Origin: an uncultured Gammaproteobacteria bacterium
Lineage (GTDB): Bacteria > Patescibacteriota > Microgenomatia > UBA8517
NCBI GenBank assembly: GCA_964635715.1
Contig: CAZWNZ010000001.1
Location: forward strand, 344,274-408,273
Reading direction: 5' to 3'
DNA: 64,000 nucleotides
Part shown: one piece after another, positions 8,498 to 18,228 of the stretch
Position numbering within the stretch: the first letter of the stretch is position 1
Layout of the letters: the number at the start of each line of letters is the position of its first letter
Notes under the pieces: generated by a model
What the model was told of the DNA's origin: nothing
Database searches by the model: none
Seen by the model: the letters and a program-made list of their open reading frames with translations, nothing else
Translations under genes and position numbers: made by a program

Positions 8498-10204
8498 ATG
8501 CGGGAAGAAATACTAAAAGCTCTCAAAAAAGCCTCCGACAATCAAAACGTAAAGTTAGAACTCTCTGAAAACGAAGCTTTTGGGGATTATAGCTCGAATA
8601 TCGCGTTACAAGATAAAAGGCAAGAGGTAAAAGATAAAAGTTCAAGAGAGTTGGCAGAGAATTTAGTCAAGAAGCTAAAAGCGGATAAAAATTTGTCAGA
8701 AATTTGTGACAAAGTAGATATTGCCGGCCCGGGTTTCATTAATTTTTGGTTAAAAAAAGATGTATTAGTTGATACATTGAAACAGATTGATACATCAAAA
8801 TCTAATTTTGGAAAATCAGATATTGGAAGAGGAAAAACTGTCATAATTGATTATTCATCTCCAAATATTGCCAAACCTTTTGGGATAGGACACCTCCGCT
8901 CGACCATTGTTGGCCAAGCTCTTTACAATCTTTACCTGGCTTTGGGTTATGAGGTTGTCGGAGATAATCATCTGGGAGATTGGGGGACACAGTTTGGAAA
9001 ATTGATTTACATGATCAAAAAAGAAAATATCGATAATTTTGATATAGAGAAATTGGAAAAGCTTTATGTTGAATTTCACCGTTTAGCTTCGGATCCAAAA
9101 AATGCTGATCAAATGGAAAGCTCAGCTCGAGAATGGTTCAAAAAACTTGAAGACGGAGATTCTGAGGCTAGAAAAATTTGGCAAAAGTGTGTGGATGTTT
9201 CTTTGGCTGAATTTGAAAGAGTTTACAAAATCCTGGGAGTAAAAATAGATTTTGCTTTTGGAGAATCCTATTACGAAAGCGAAATGAAGCAGATGTTGGG
9301 TGATTCTTCAATTCAAAAGCACCTAGAAGAAGGCGATGATGGGGCAAAAATTATCAATTTAGCCGGTATTAAAACCCCTTTAATGTTTATCAAAAGTGAT
9401 GGAGCTACAACTTATGCAACCAGGGATCTGGCAGCTATCAAATTCAGAATGAGGAAATGGGATCCGGCAATTATTATCTACGAAGTCGGAGCCGAGCAAA
9501 CCCTTCATTTCCAACAGGTTTTTGCAGCAGCCAGGCTTTTAGGCTTGGTTGATGACTCGACCGAACTTGTTCATACAGCTCACGGATTGTATTTGGCTCC
9601 TGACGGGAAGAAATTTTCAACCCGTAAAGGTAAGACAATAAAATTGGAAGATGTGTTAAATGAAGCCATTAATAGAGCTGAGGAACTTGGCAAAAAACCA
9701 AATGGGTCAGACTACGCTAAAGCTACAGCGGCCATTGTTGGGATCGGAGCAATAAAGTATTTTGACCTGATGCACTCAGTTAAGAGCGATGTTGTTTTTG
9801 ATTGGGACAAGATGATGAATTTGGAAGACAACTCCGGCCCATATCTTCAGTACACTGTTGCCCGTTGTAACTCAGTTCTGGCTAAGTCTGAAAATTGGAA
9901 AATTGATGATTCATTGGGAATTGAAAATTGGGAATTGAAAATTGAGGAAGAGTCTGTTCTTCGTTCTCTTATACATTTTCCGGAAATAATTGAGGAAGCA
10001 GCGGATAACTTTGCACCAAACCTGCTTTGCAACTACTTACATGATTTGGCAGGGAAGTATAATCATTTCTATAATTCGTGCCCAATTCTAAATAATTCTG
10101 ATCAAAAAGTGACCAATTTCAGACTTACTTTGACTAATGGAGTAGCGCAAGTTCTCAAAAACGGCCTTGGTATCTTGGGTATAGAGACTCCGGAAAGAAT
10201 GTAG
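8498..10204 (+). CDS. argS: Arginyl-tRNA synthetase
   Basis: Class I signature region SSPNIAKPFGIGHLRS, ArgRS-type catalytic core and a C-terminal DALR-like anticodon-binding region. Start placed at MREEILK (8498); the track ORF begins at 8450. Confidence 0.92.
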   Translation: MREEILKALKKASDNQNVKLELSENEAFGDYSSNIALQDKRQEVKDKSSRELAENLVKKLKADKNLSEICDKVDIAGPGFINFWLKKDVLVDTLKQIDTSKSNFGKSDIGRGKTVIIDYSSPNIAKPFGIGHLRSTIVGQALYNLYLALGYEVVGDNHLGDWGTQFGKLIYMIKKENIDNFDIEKLEKLYVEFHRLASDPKNADQMESSAREWFKKLEDGDSEARKIWQKCVDVSLAEFERVYKILGVKIDFAFGESYYESEMKQMLGDSSIQKHLEEGDDGAKIINLAGIKTPLMFIKSDGATTYATRDLAAIKFRMRKWDPAIIIYEVGAEQTLHFQQVFAAARLLGLVDDSTELVHTAHGLYLAPDGKKFSTRKGKTIKLEDVLNEAINRAEELGKKPNGSDYAKATAAIVGIGAIKYFDLMHSVKSDVVFDWDKMMNLEDNSGPYLQYTVARCNSVLAKSENWKIDDSLGIENWELKIEEESVLRSLIHFPEIIEEAADNFAPNLLCNYLHDLAGKYNHFYNSCPILNNSDQKVTNFRLTLTNGVAQVLKNGLGILGIETPERM

Positions 10205-10217
10205 TATATTAACCAAT

Positions 10218-11492
10218 ATGGATTACAAACTTCATAAACTTTCCTCAGGTCTTAAAGTCTTGGTTGTACCTATGCCTTCATTGGAATCGGTTACAATTAC
10301 TATTTGGGTAAAAACAGGTTCACGAAATGAGGATCCGAAAGTTGGAGGCATTAGTCACTTTTTAGAACACATGGTTTTTAAAGGGAGTACTAAGCGTCCA
10401 TCAGCTCAGGATATTTCTGCCGCAGTTGACGCAATCGGGGGAGAATTTAATGCTGCGACGAGTAAAGATTGGACAAACTTCTATATTAAAGCGGGTAAAA
10501 GTAAAGCTGAAATTGCGATTGATGTTTTAAGTGACATGGTTTTAAATCCGCTTCTCAAAGATGAAGAAATTGAAAGAGAAAAAGGCACAATTATTCAAGA
10601 AATTGCCATGTATGAGGACATGCCCATGGCAAAAATAGGGGAAGTTTTCGAAGAAGTTGCATTTAATGGTAATCCTCTGGCTTGGGATACTGCAGGGACA
10701 CCCAAATCGGTTCAGTCTATCAAAAGAAATGATTTTGTAAGTTATCGCAAAATTCATTATTGCCCGGAAAATATGCTTCTAACAATTTCCGGAGGAATAA
10801 CTGAAACAAAAGCTCTAGATTTGGCTAAAAAGTATTTTTCAGAATTCCCATCGACAAAATCCACTTTTAAAGGTTTAACCTTTAAAAGTAATCAGAAAGA
10901 GCCTCAGATATTGGTCAAAAATAAGAAAAGTGAACAAGCCCATTTTGTCCTTGGTTTTATGGGAGATCCAAGAAGTTACAAGGGTCGTTTTGCACAATCT
11001 GTCCTTGCCTCGGTTCTTGGTGGCGGAATGAGTTCTAGAATGTTTACTGAGGTTAGGGAAAGGCGCGGCCTTGCCTATGCAGTGAGGACAAGTATCGAAC
11101 GTTACCAAGATACCGGTTACATCGGCACATATGTAGGAACTGATCCCAAAAAAGCAGAGAAGGCGATGAGTGTTGTACTTGAACAATATCGCGGTATAGC
11201 AAACAAAAAACTTCCCATATCCAAAAAAGAATTGGAAAAAGCCAAAGGATTTATCAAAGGACAGCTTGCTCTTTCTCTAGAGGATACTAGTGCTGTAAAT
11301 TCGTTTTTTGGCGAAAGACAGCTTTTTTTGGGAGAAACAATGACGCCTGAAGAAGTTTTCAGAAAAATTGATGCTGTAACACTTGATGATATCTATTTTG
11401 AGGCCAAAAGACTTTTTGTTGCTAAGAATTTGAATTTGGCTATAATTGGTCCTTTTAAAGACAAAAAAGAGTTTGTAAAATTACTGCAATAG
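10218..11492 (+). CDS. M16 family zinc metallopeptidase (insulinase/pitrilysin-like)
   Basis: Inverted zinc-binding motif HFLEHMVFKGS (HxxEH) plus a downstream Glu; length and two-domain layout typical of M16B. Confidence 0.88.
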   Translation: MDYKLHKLSSGLKVLVVPMPSLESVTITIWVKTGSRNEDPKVGGISHFLEHMVFKGSTKRPSAQDISAAVDAIGGEFNAATSKDWTNFYIKAGKSKAEIAIDVLSDMVLNPLLKDEEIEREKGTIIQEIAMYEDMPMAKIGEVFEEVAFNGNPLAWDTAGTPKSVQSIKRNDFVSYRKIHYCPENMLLTISGGITETKALDLAKKYFSEFPSTKSTFKGLTFKSNQKEPQILVKNKKSEQAHFVLGFMGDPRSYKGRFAQSVLASVLGGGMSSRMFTEVRERRGLAYAVRTSIERYQDTGYIGTYVGTDPKKAEKAMSVVLEQYRGIANKKLPISKKELEKAKGFIKGQLALSLEDTSAVNSFFGERQLFLGETMTPEEVFRKIDAVTLDDIYFEAKRLFVAKNLNLAIIGPFKDKKEFVKLLQ

Positions 11493-11493
11493 T

Positions 11494-12048
11494 ATGGAAA
11501 TAGGACTAATAGACGAAATTTCAGGCAGAATGCTGATAGAGGGTAGAGGCACTCCAATTGAAGGTGGAGTTTTTCGAAGAGCTAACAATCCTGGAATAGT
11601 AGCTGATGGTTCAAAATTGGAACATATAGATTGGTATAAAAAAGATTTGCCTCTTGTTTTGGATACCCAAAAAAATCTTCTTGGAATTGCTGTAGCTATC
11701 GCGAAAGAAAGAATGCCTATCAACGAAACGCTTTATCAAAGATTGCTTAATGATCCTAATAAGGGAGATAGATATTCTTTGAATGCTTTTATTTCTAAAA
11801 AAGATGAAATGGGGCGTGAGATTGGAGGAGGAAGTCCTGATACTCAGGCTTTGTTGATTGCTTTATTAATTGAAAAAAGACTCAAGAAGGATGGAGACTC
11901 CAACAAAAAAGTATTTATTGCAAAAGATCCTGTTGATGGTCACGCGATAGTTCGATATGAGGGGAAAAGTGGTTCATATGCTTTTGATCCCACAAAAGGA
12001 GAACAAAAATTCATTAAACTTGAGGAGACTGGCTCTTCCAATGGATAA
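11494..12048 (+). CDS. Hypothetical protein
   Basis: 184-aa ORF, in operon position after the M16 peptidase; no recognised motif. Confidence 0.45.
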   Translation: MEIGLIDEISGRMLIEGRGTPIEGGVFRRANNPGIVADGSKLEHIDWYKKDLPLVLDTQKNLLGIAVAIAKERMPINETLYQRLLNDPNKGDRYSLNAFISKKDEMGREIGGGSPDTQALLIALLIEKRLKKDGDSNKKVFIAKDPVDGHAIVRYEGKSGSYAFDPTKGEQKFIKLEETGSSNG

Positions 12049-12104
12049 TAATAATTTGTACAATTAATCAAGCAGGTGGTATATAACATTTGCAAGTAAA
12101 CATT

Positions 12105-12566
12105 ATGGAAAGAACCGTAGTACTTGTTAAACCGGATGGATTACAAAGAGGTCTGGTGGGAGAAATAATCCACCGTTTTGAGAGAAAAGGCCTCAAACTT
12201 ATCGGAATCAAAATGATTCGTCTCACTGATGACGTGCTTGATAATTGGTATGCACACCATAAAGACAAGCCGTTTTTTGCAACACTTAAAAGTTTTATGG
12301 AATGGACGCCGGTTGTAGCTATGGTTTGGGAAGGAGTGGAAGCAATCGCGGCTGTGAGAAAAATTGTCGGTATAACAAAATCTCGTGAAGCTGAGGCAGG
12401 CTCAATTAGGGGTGATTTTGGAATGAGCGGAAGCCAAAATATAATCCATGCTTCAGATTCTCCCGAATCGTCAGAAAAAGAACTTGGTTTGATCTTTAAT
12501 GCAGATGAAATTTTTGAGTACGATAGTGCCACAGATCTTCTGATTTACTCCAAAGAAGAGATCTAA
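12105..12566 (+). CDS. ndk: Nucleoside diphosphate kinase
   Basis: MERTVVLVKPDGLQRGLVGEIIHRFERKGLKL and the active-site His context NIIHASD. ATG at 12105 is preferred over the track start at 12090. Confidence 0.92.
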   Translation: MERTVVLVKPDGLQRGLVGEIIHRFERKGLKLIGIKMIRLTDDVLDNWYAHHKDKPFFATLKSFMEWTPVVAMVWEGVEAIAAVRKIVGITKSREAEAGSIRGDFGMSGSQNIIHASDSPESSEKELGLIFNADEIFEYDSATDLLIYSKEEI

Positions 12567-12574
12567 TAAAATCG

Positions 12575-12648
12575 GGTCGGGGTGCTGGGAATTGAACCCA
12601 GTGTCTTTACGTCCCGAACGTAACGTGATACCGATTCACTACACCCCG
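12575..12648 (-). tRNA. tRNA-Pro (anticodon CGG)
   Basis: Hand-folded cloverleaf on minus strand. Acceptor CGGGGTG/CACCCCG, D-stem GTGA/TCAC, anticodon stem TTACG/CGTAA, loop TTCGGGA (G37 as expected for Pro), T-arm CTGGG-TTCAATT-CCCAG. Confidence 0.85.
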
Positions 12649-12678
12649 GTGTCAAAACTAACTTCGCTTTTGTACGAG

Positions 12679-12750
12679 TGCCCCTGGAGGGAATTGAACC
12701 TCCATCTTACCCTTAGGACGGGTCTGCTCTATCCGTTGAGCTACAGGGGC
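12679..12750 (-). tRNA. tRNA-Arg (anticodon CCT), T-arm slightly irregular
   Basis: Minus-strand cloverleaf. Acceptor GCCCCTG/CAGGGGC, D-arm GCTC-AACGGATA-GAGC, anticodon loop containing T-CCT-AA as in E. coli tRNA-Arg(CCU). T-stem has one mismatch or an 8-nt loop in my fold. Confidence 0.7.
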
Positions 12751-12794
12751 GAATTGTTAAATGAGCAACTGAAGCTAACTGACAAGCTTTGCTT

Positions 12795-12877
12795 ATCCGT
12801 TGAGCTACAGGGGCCTTGACCTAAAGCTAAACGGAGAGGGCTTTATCTCATCCGTTGAGCTACAGGGGCCTTGACCT
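12795..12877. repeat. Two tandem copies of the 5' portion (acceptor 5' strand + D-arm) of the adjacent tRNA-Arg gene
   Basis: A 28-nt identical sequence atccgttgagctacaggggccttgacct occurs at 12795..12822 and 12850..12877. The first 21 nt also form the tRNA gene's 5' part at 12731..12750. Confidence 0.8.
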
Positions 12878-12906
12878 ATAAGCGAAATTATATCATGGAA
12901 GCAGTC

Positions 12907-14109
12907 TTATTTGACTGTCAAAGTATAGAGATTTGCTGATGCTGAAGCGGCTCCAAGATTGGTTAAAACCAAAAGCTTAGTCGTATTTGAGAAGGGAAAT
13001 GCAGAAGGAGCTATGTATGAACCTGAGTAAATCACTTGTCTGTTTGTTCCGTCATAGTCCATTATTGAAATCTCTCCGGCATCGGCTAGAAGCAAATGTA
13101 GACTTGAAGACATCCATCTAAGGGCTGCAGTTTGTGAATTGTCGTTGTTATCAATCGTAACGGGTTTGTCGGTAATCAGAAAATTTCTATCTTCTTTTAT
13201 GTCATAAACATATGTATGGCCTGTCTCCAAGTCTCTTTCTTGGGCCTGAGTTGAAGCTCCCGGTAATTGTTTGATTAAATTATCTGGTAATATCGCTGAT
13301 CCACTGGCAGTATAGAGAATCATATTGTCGTTAGGAGAAAAAACGAAACTGGAAGTTTTCCTGGAAAGAATATTTGCCAACTCTTCAGGCAAATTTTTAA
13401 TAAGACTTTGATTAATACCTTCTTCTTTTGTTTTCCAATCCTCAATTATTTCATCTTCCTGAGAAGCAACATTGGTCATACTGCCTTGAGAATTAAATGA
13501 GCTGGTATCTAATAGAAATATACCTTCTGATACAGTTAATAAAATCTGATCACCATCAGGTGAAAATACATAAGATGCGTCTGTCATGTCACCATCTGCT
13601 ATTCTGGTTGGACTTGTGCTGAAACCCAGGGGAAGGCTGTAGGCATCGAGCGTCCAAAGTCCGATTTTGTCATCGTCAAGATCTTTATCGGGGAGGATAC
13701 TGTAGACAATTTTAGATCCATCCTTTGACATCACAGGGTTGACTGCTCCCATGTAAGTAACGGGAGAAAGGGAAGGAACATTTCTGAAAAGAGAAATTTC
13801 AGCCTGAGTAACAACCTCTTTTTCAATAGTTAATCTTTTATACCAGCTAAAATAGCCATCTTTTTTAACTTCAATATCATAGATCCCGGGAGCAATAGAA
13901 ATATTGGCATCGGTAGCACTTTCAAGTTCGCCATTAATGTATATAGAGGCCCCATCAGGCTCTGATTTCAGGACAAGAATTCCATTAGGTTGGAAATTAA
14001 GAGTTTTGATATCAAATTTATAGCCTTTGGCGTAATAAGCTGCAAAAAGCCCTAAAGTTCCGACTACAATTAATGTAATCGTGAAGAAAATAATCCTAAC
14101 TTTTGTCAT
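12907..14109 (-). CDS. Membrane-anchored PEGA-domain / TolB-like beta-propeller protein
   Basis: N-terminal TM helix, PEGA-like segment (LKSEPDGASIYINGEL...GIYDIEVKKDGY), then repeated SPDG/SKDG propeller (PD40-like) units. Confidence 0.65.
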   Translation of the reverse strand: MTKVRIIFFTITLIVVGTLGLFAAYYAKGYKFDIKTLNFQPNGILVLKSEPDGASIYINGELESATDANISIAPGIYDIEVKKDGYFSWYKRLTIEKEVVTQAEISLFRNVPSLSPVTYMGAVNPVMSKDGSKIVYSILPDKDLDDDKIGLWTLDAYSLPLGFSTSPTRIADGDMTDASYVFSPDGDQILLTVSEGIFLLDTSSFNSQGSMTNVASQEDEIIEDWKTKEEGINQSLIKNLPEELANILSRKTSSFVFSPNDNMILYTASGSAILPDNLIKQLPGASTQAQERDLETGHTYVYDIKEDRNFLITDKPVTIDNNDNSQTAALRWMSSSLHLLLADAGEISIMDYDGTNRQVIYSGSYIAPSAFPFSNTTKLLVLTNLGAASASANLYTLTVK

Positions 14110-14174
14110 GATGCTATTATATCAAAGAATGGTGATCTGAGTGTATTCAGTTTCTGATATAATCGACCTAATAT

Positions 14175-15182
14175 ATGCTTCGAAAAACTGTTGCTATAGA
14201 TTTGGGGACTGCCAACACACTTGTTTGGGTGGCTGGTGAGGGTTTGGTGGTTAATGAGCCCACGGTTGTGGCTATATCATCGGAAGATAGTAAAGTTGTG
14301 GCAGTCGGGGAGGATGCTAAAAAAATGCTTGGCCGCACTCCTGAAGCTTTGATCGCCAGCAGGCCAATGAGGGATGGTGTAATTGCCGATTATCAGGTTA
14401 CGGAGGCGATGCTTAAATACTTTATAACTAAAGTGGTAGGGCGGTTCCAGTTTTTCAAACCTGATGTTATGGTCTGTGTGCCCGCCGGCTGTACACAAGT
14501 GGAGCGTCGGGCAGCTCTTGATGCTACACTTTCTGCCGGAGCCTCTCATGCATATCTCATAGACGAACCTTTGGCGGCTGCAATCGGTGCTCAAATCCCC
14601 GTATCGGCACCAAGTGGTCACATGATTGTGGATATTGGAGGGGGTTCAACTGAGGCTGCTGTTATTTCTTTAGGAGGAGTTGTTACACATAAATCAGCAA
14701 GAGTGGCCGGCAATAAGATTGATGAGGCGATTCAAAGTTATCTAAAAAAGAAGCATAACTTGATAGTTGGTGATCAGACAGCTGAGGAGATTAAGCTCAA
14801 AATAGGTTCAGCCATACCTACTCCCAAGCCTGAAAAACTTGAAATTTCCGGCCGTGATCTTGTTTTTGGTCTTCCAAGAACAGTAATTTTAACTTCCACT
14901 GAAGTCACTGAGGCCATAAAACCTGTTCTAATACAAATTATCGGAGCAGTAAAAGGGGTTTTAGAGGATACACCCCCTGAATTGGCAGCTGATATTATAG
15001 ATAAGGGGATCATTATGAGTGGTGGAACTTCACTTCTTCGCGGTTTTGATAAATTAATGACTGAGGAGACAGGAGTTCCTTCTCATGTAGCAGACGAACC
15101 ACTTTTGTGTGTTGTTAGGGGAACAGGACTTGTTTTGGAAAATATAGAACTTTGGAAAAGAAGTGTAACGACAAAAGGGTAA
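14175..15182 (+). CDS. mreB: Rod shape-determining actin homolog MreB (paralog 1)
   Basis: Actin-fold phosphate-1 motif AIDLGTANTLVWV, connect region DIGGGSTE and adenosine motif; 335 aa. Confidence 0.9.
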   Translation: MLRKTVAIDLGTANTLVWVAGEGLVVNEPTVVAISSEDSKVVAVGEDAKKMLGRTPEALIASRPMRDGVIADYQVTEAMLKYFITKVVGRFQFFKPDVMVCVPAGCTQVERRAALDATLSAGASHAYLIDEPLAAAIGAQIPVSAPSGHMIVDIGGGSTEAAVISLGGVVTHKSARVAGNKIDEAIQSYLKKKHNLIVGDQTAEEIKLKIGSAIPTPKPEKLEISGRDLVFGLPRTVILTSTEVTEAIKPVLIQIIGAVKGVLEDTPPELAADIIDKGIIMSGGTSLLRGFDKLMTEETGVPSHVADEPLLCVVRGTGLVLENIELWKRSVTTKG

Positions 15183-15506
15183 AAAGTAAGTAGTAAGTAG
15201 ATAAGAAAGAAAAATATAGGATAAGATGGAAAGTAAGGAGTAAAGAATGTTATAAGTTAAGTCAATTAGAAATAATACAATTGGTAATTTATTGAAAATT
15301 GACAATTGAAAACTGATAATTTTTATACTTATAATAATTAATCATTTTAAGTATATATTTTGTTTATTGATTGAGGATACATTTTAAAATTGAATAGGAG
15401 AAATTGAGTATAAAATATCAACAAATTCAACAATTTTGGATTCTGAGAAATTGGAAGTTATATCCTAATAAAATGATTGAAAATTGCAAGTTGTTACTCG
15501 TAAATC

Positions 15507-15529
15507 CTTTCAAACTATAAGTTTGAAAG
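15507..15529. promoter_or_regulatory. Perfect 10-bp-arm palindrome CTTTCAAACT-ATA-AGTTTGAAAG in a 410-bp AT-rich intergenic region
   Basis: Read directly. Lies about 65 nt upstream of the WecB/TagA-family gene start and about 325 nt after mreB; candidate operator or stem-loop. Confidence 0.4.
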
Positions 15530-15592
15530 TCATGCGGAGAAAATGAGGCTAATATAATCAAGACGCAGAATTATAAGATGTGAGGGTATAAA

Positions 15593-16378
15593 GTGAAGAC
15601 GAAAAATATCAAAATAATGCAAGAAACACCCCTAAAATACGACAAAATCATGGAAATTAAGATTACTAGCAATTCCAAGAAGGAAGTGCTAACAGCTGTG
15701 GAAGATTTTATATCCCATAATTTAAAGTTTTCCATTGTTACACCCAACCCTGAGCTCATTTTGAGGTCTCAAACTGACAAAAAACTCAAAAAAGTCCTTA
15801 ACTCTGCCAGTCTTTCCGTCCCGGACGGTTTTGGATTAAAATTTGCGATTCCTTCTCTGGGAATCATTAAGGGTAGAGAATTATTTATAGACCTAGTCGA
15901 ATTGTCAGTCAAAAGAAATTGGAAAGTTTTTCTATTGGGAGGAATAGATGATGAGGCGGCGGTGTCTACCAAAAAACTTCAAAAGCAATATTCCAAACTT
16001 CAAATAAAGTATTTCAAAGGTCCGATGTTTGATAAAGACGCAAAACCAATGACAAAAAATGATGAAAAATTGGAAAAAGAAGCGATTGATGAAATTAACA
16101 GTTTTAAGCCTCAGCTTTTATTTGTTGCCTTCGGCAACCCTAAACAGGAAATCTGGATTAATGAACACCTCTCAGAGCTAAATATTGGTGGCGCAATGGC
16201 TGTGGGAGGTACCTTACGTTACATTGCGGGACTTTCCAAACTCCCGCCCGACTGGATGTCCAGTCTTGGTCTGGAATGGCTCTGGAGGGTTATTACCGAA
16301 CCTGTGAGGATAGGCAGGATCTTGAGAGCCGTCATTATTTTCCCCCTGAGGTGCTTTATTTTCAAAATAAAAAATTGA
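15593..16378 (+). CDS. WecB/TagA/CpsF-family glycosyltransferase
   Basis: LLFVAFGNPKQEIWI, AMAVGGTLRYIAG and the C-terminal LEWLWRVITEPVRIGRIL match the WecG/TagA family pattern. Confidence 0.78.
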   Translation: MKTKNIKIMQETPLKYDKIMEIKITSNSKKEVLTAVEDFISHNLKFSIVTPNPELILRSQTDKKLKKVLNSASLSVPDGFGLKFAIPSLGIIKGRELFIDLVELSVKRNWKVFLLGGIDDEAAVSTKKLQKQYSKLQIKYFKGPMFDKDAKPMTKNDEKLEKEAIDEINSFKPQLLFVAFGNPKQEIWINEHLSELNIGGAMAVGGTLRYIAGLSKLPPDWMSSLGLEWLWRVITEPVRIGRILRAVIIFPLRCFIFKIKN

Positions 16379-16379
16379 G

Positions 16380-16946
16380 TTATTTTGTTGAGGACCAGAT
16401 TTTGGAGAATTCATGCTTGGCACGGTATATTTTGCCTTCAACTGCACGCTCGCTGATACCTAAAATATTGCCAATTTCCTCATATGACATGTCATACCAG
16501 TATCTAAAATGCAAAAGCTTACGTTTTTCGGGGGACATACTATCTAGGCATTTGTTCACAGATTTTCTAAGGTCGGTAAGAGCCATCGCCTCATCAGGGG
16601 AAAGAGTCTTAGTATCTGCTTCAGTTAAAGCCTCGATGATTGGAACCACAATTCTTGATTTTTTGTTGATTTGATCGCGATAGTAATCAGAGATTTTATT
16701 CAAGGAAATTCTGCAAAGCCAGGTAAAATAGCTGCTTTTTTGTTCAAACGAATTCCACCCCTTCCAAGCGGCAATGAAAGTTTCTTCAACAAGTTCTTCA
16801 GCTTCGGCTTCGCCTACGCCCATTCTTTTAATGACAAATTTAGTTAATGGCAAAAGAAGTTCTTTATATATGGCCACAAACGATTTTGGGGCAGGCCTTT
16901 GCCTGCTTTGAGCCAATTTAGAGTATGGGTTTTTATCCATTTGCAA
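16380..16946 (-). CDS. ECF-type (sigma-70 family) RNA polymerase sigma factor
   Basis: Region 2 (ETFIAAWKGWNSFEQKSSYFTWLCRISLNKISDYYR) and region 4 HTH (MSYEEIGNILGISERAVEGKIYRAKHEF). Confidence 0.85.
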   Translation of the reverse strand: MQMDKNPYSKLAQSRQRPAPKSFVAIYKELLLPLTKFVIKRMGVGEAEAEELVEETFIAAWKGWNSFEQKSSYFTWLCRISLNKISDYYRDQINKKSRIVVPIIEALTEADTKTLSPDEAMALTDLRKSVNKCLDSMSPEKRKLLHFRYWYDMSYEEIGNILGISERAVEGKIYRAKHEFSKIWSSTK

Positions 16947-16961
16947 GACTAATTATATATC

Positions 16962-17222
16962 ATGAGTGCAGAAACGGTACTATATAGACATATTGTTTGT
17001 CAGAAAATTACCGGAGTTGAAAAGACTCCTGAAGTTCAGAAAACCTCTCTATTTAATTATCCTGAATGTAACGGGCATCCGCCAAGTTCTCCTTATAATT
17101 GGGTGCCGGCAGACTTTTTGGGATATCAAATTGCAAGGCTCCTTCACATAACAGATGAAGACCTAGAGAAAAAACATGAAATTTCTTTACAACATGGTGT
17201 AGAATGCAAAGCTAAGAGGTGA
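16962..17222 (+). CDS. Hypothetical small protein (divergent from ECF sigma gene)
   Basis: 86-aa ORF with Cys/His residues (CQK...CNGHPP); the position suggests a possible sigma-factor partner, but there is no motif support. Confidence 0.3.
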   Translation: MSAETVLYRHIVCQKITGVEKTPEVQKTSLFNYPECNGHPPSSPYNWVPADFLGYQIARLLHITDEDLEKKHEISLQHGVECKAKR

Positions 17223-17228
17223 ATATAT

Positions 17229-17417
17229 ATGAGTGATAATTCAAATTTGATAAATGTGGGGAATCCAGAAAACCCCGTCTTGATTTCTCGAGATTCTTTA
17301 CATCCAGACACCCCTCAGGGTAATGAAGAGTGGGAAATGATTGCAGATGGGTCTATAGATATCCCGGAACCAGCCTTAGATAATTTGATAGAAAAGGTTA
17401 AGGATGAAAATAAATGA
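17229..17417 (+). CDS. Hypothetical small acidic protein
   Basis: 62-aa ORF whose end overlaps the mvk start; acidic composition. Confidence 0.3.
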   Translation: MSDNSNLINVGNPENPVLISRDSLHPDTPQGNEEWEMIADGSIDIPEPALDNLIEKVKDENK

Positions 17418-18228
17418 TGTTCCTGCAAATAGAGTTTCGGCTCCCGCAAAGCTAATTTTATCGGGTGAACATGCCGTAGTGTATGGTTATCCAGCCATAG
17501 CTACAGCCGTGAATCTCCGTTTATGCATCAATTCTCATGGTGAGATAGTTTCTAACATTCCGATTGGTGCCGGAATGGGATCTTCGGCCGCTTTTGCGGT
17601 TGCAAAATCAGCACTCAAGATTGGCAAACTTGATCTGGAAAATATCAACAAATCCGCTTATGAAATGGAAAAAATTCAGCACAGGAATCCTAGCGGGGTG
17701 GATAACACTGTTTCAACCTACGGAGGGTTTTTGTGGTACAGGAAAGAGTCTGAAAACTTCAAGACGTTCAAAAATTTTATTCCGGACAAAACAGTACCGG
17801 AAATGTTTTTAATAAATACAGGTAAACCTTTGGAGACTACAGGTCAGATGGTTAAATTAGTGGCTGATGCACAGATTTCTAGAAAATCATATTTTGATAG
17901 GGTATTTCGGGAAATTGAAATGGTTACAAAAGAAATGCTGGGAGTTTTGGTAGGTGACAAAAATTCGGATTTTGGAGAGTTAATTTCCTCAAATGAGAGG
18001 CTTTTGGAAAAAATCGGTGTAGTGTCGCACTCTACCAGGAAATTGATAATTGAAATAGAAAAAATCGGCGGAGCAGCAAAAATTAGCGGAGCAGGCGGCA
18101 AATCCGGAGCAAGCGGAATATTAATTGTTTATCACAAAGATTCAGAAAAATTGAAAAAATTTGCAAAAACGAATAATCTGGCGCTTAGCTCGATAAAATT
18201 AGGAGAGAAAGGAGTGCGTTTTGAATAA
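17404..18228 (+). CDS. mvk: Mevalonate kinase (GHMP kinase family)
   Basis: N-terminal APAKLILSGEHAVVYG and GHMP motif PIGAGMGSSAAFAVA; C-terminal GAGGKSGASGILIV. Confidence 0.8.
   Translation: MKINDVPANRVSAPAKLILSGEHAVVYGYPAIATAVNLRLCINSHGEIVSNIPIGAGMGSSAAFAVAKSALKIGKLDLENINKSAYEMEKIQHRNPSGVDNTVSTYGGFLWYRKESENFKTFKNFIPDKTVPEMFLINTGKPLETTGQMVKLVADAQISRKSYFDRVFREIEMVTKEMLGVLVGDKNSDFGELISSNERLLEKIGVVSHSTRKLIIEIEKIGGAAKISGAGGKSGASGILIVYHKDSEKLKKFAKTNNLALSSIKLGEKGVRFE

Noticed and set aside
12731-12877. Possible mini-CRISPR array (three direct repeats of 21-28 nt with 28-45-nt spacers)
   Set aside because: The repeats are copies of the adjacent tRNA-Arg 5' sequence. There are only three units, the spacers are irregular, and no cas genes are present. 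They are treated as tRNA-fragment repeats instead.
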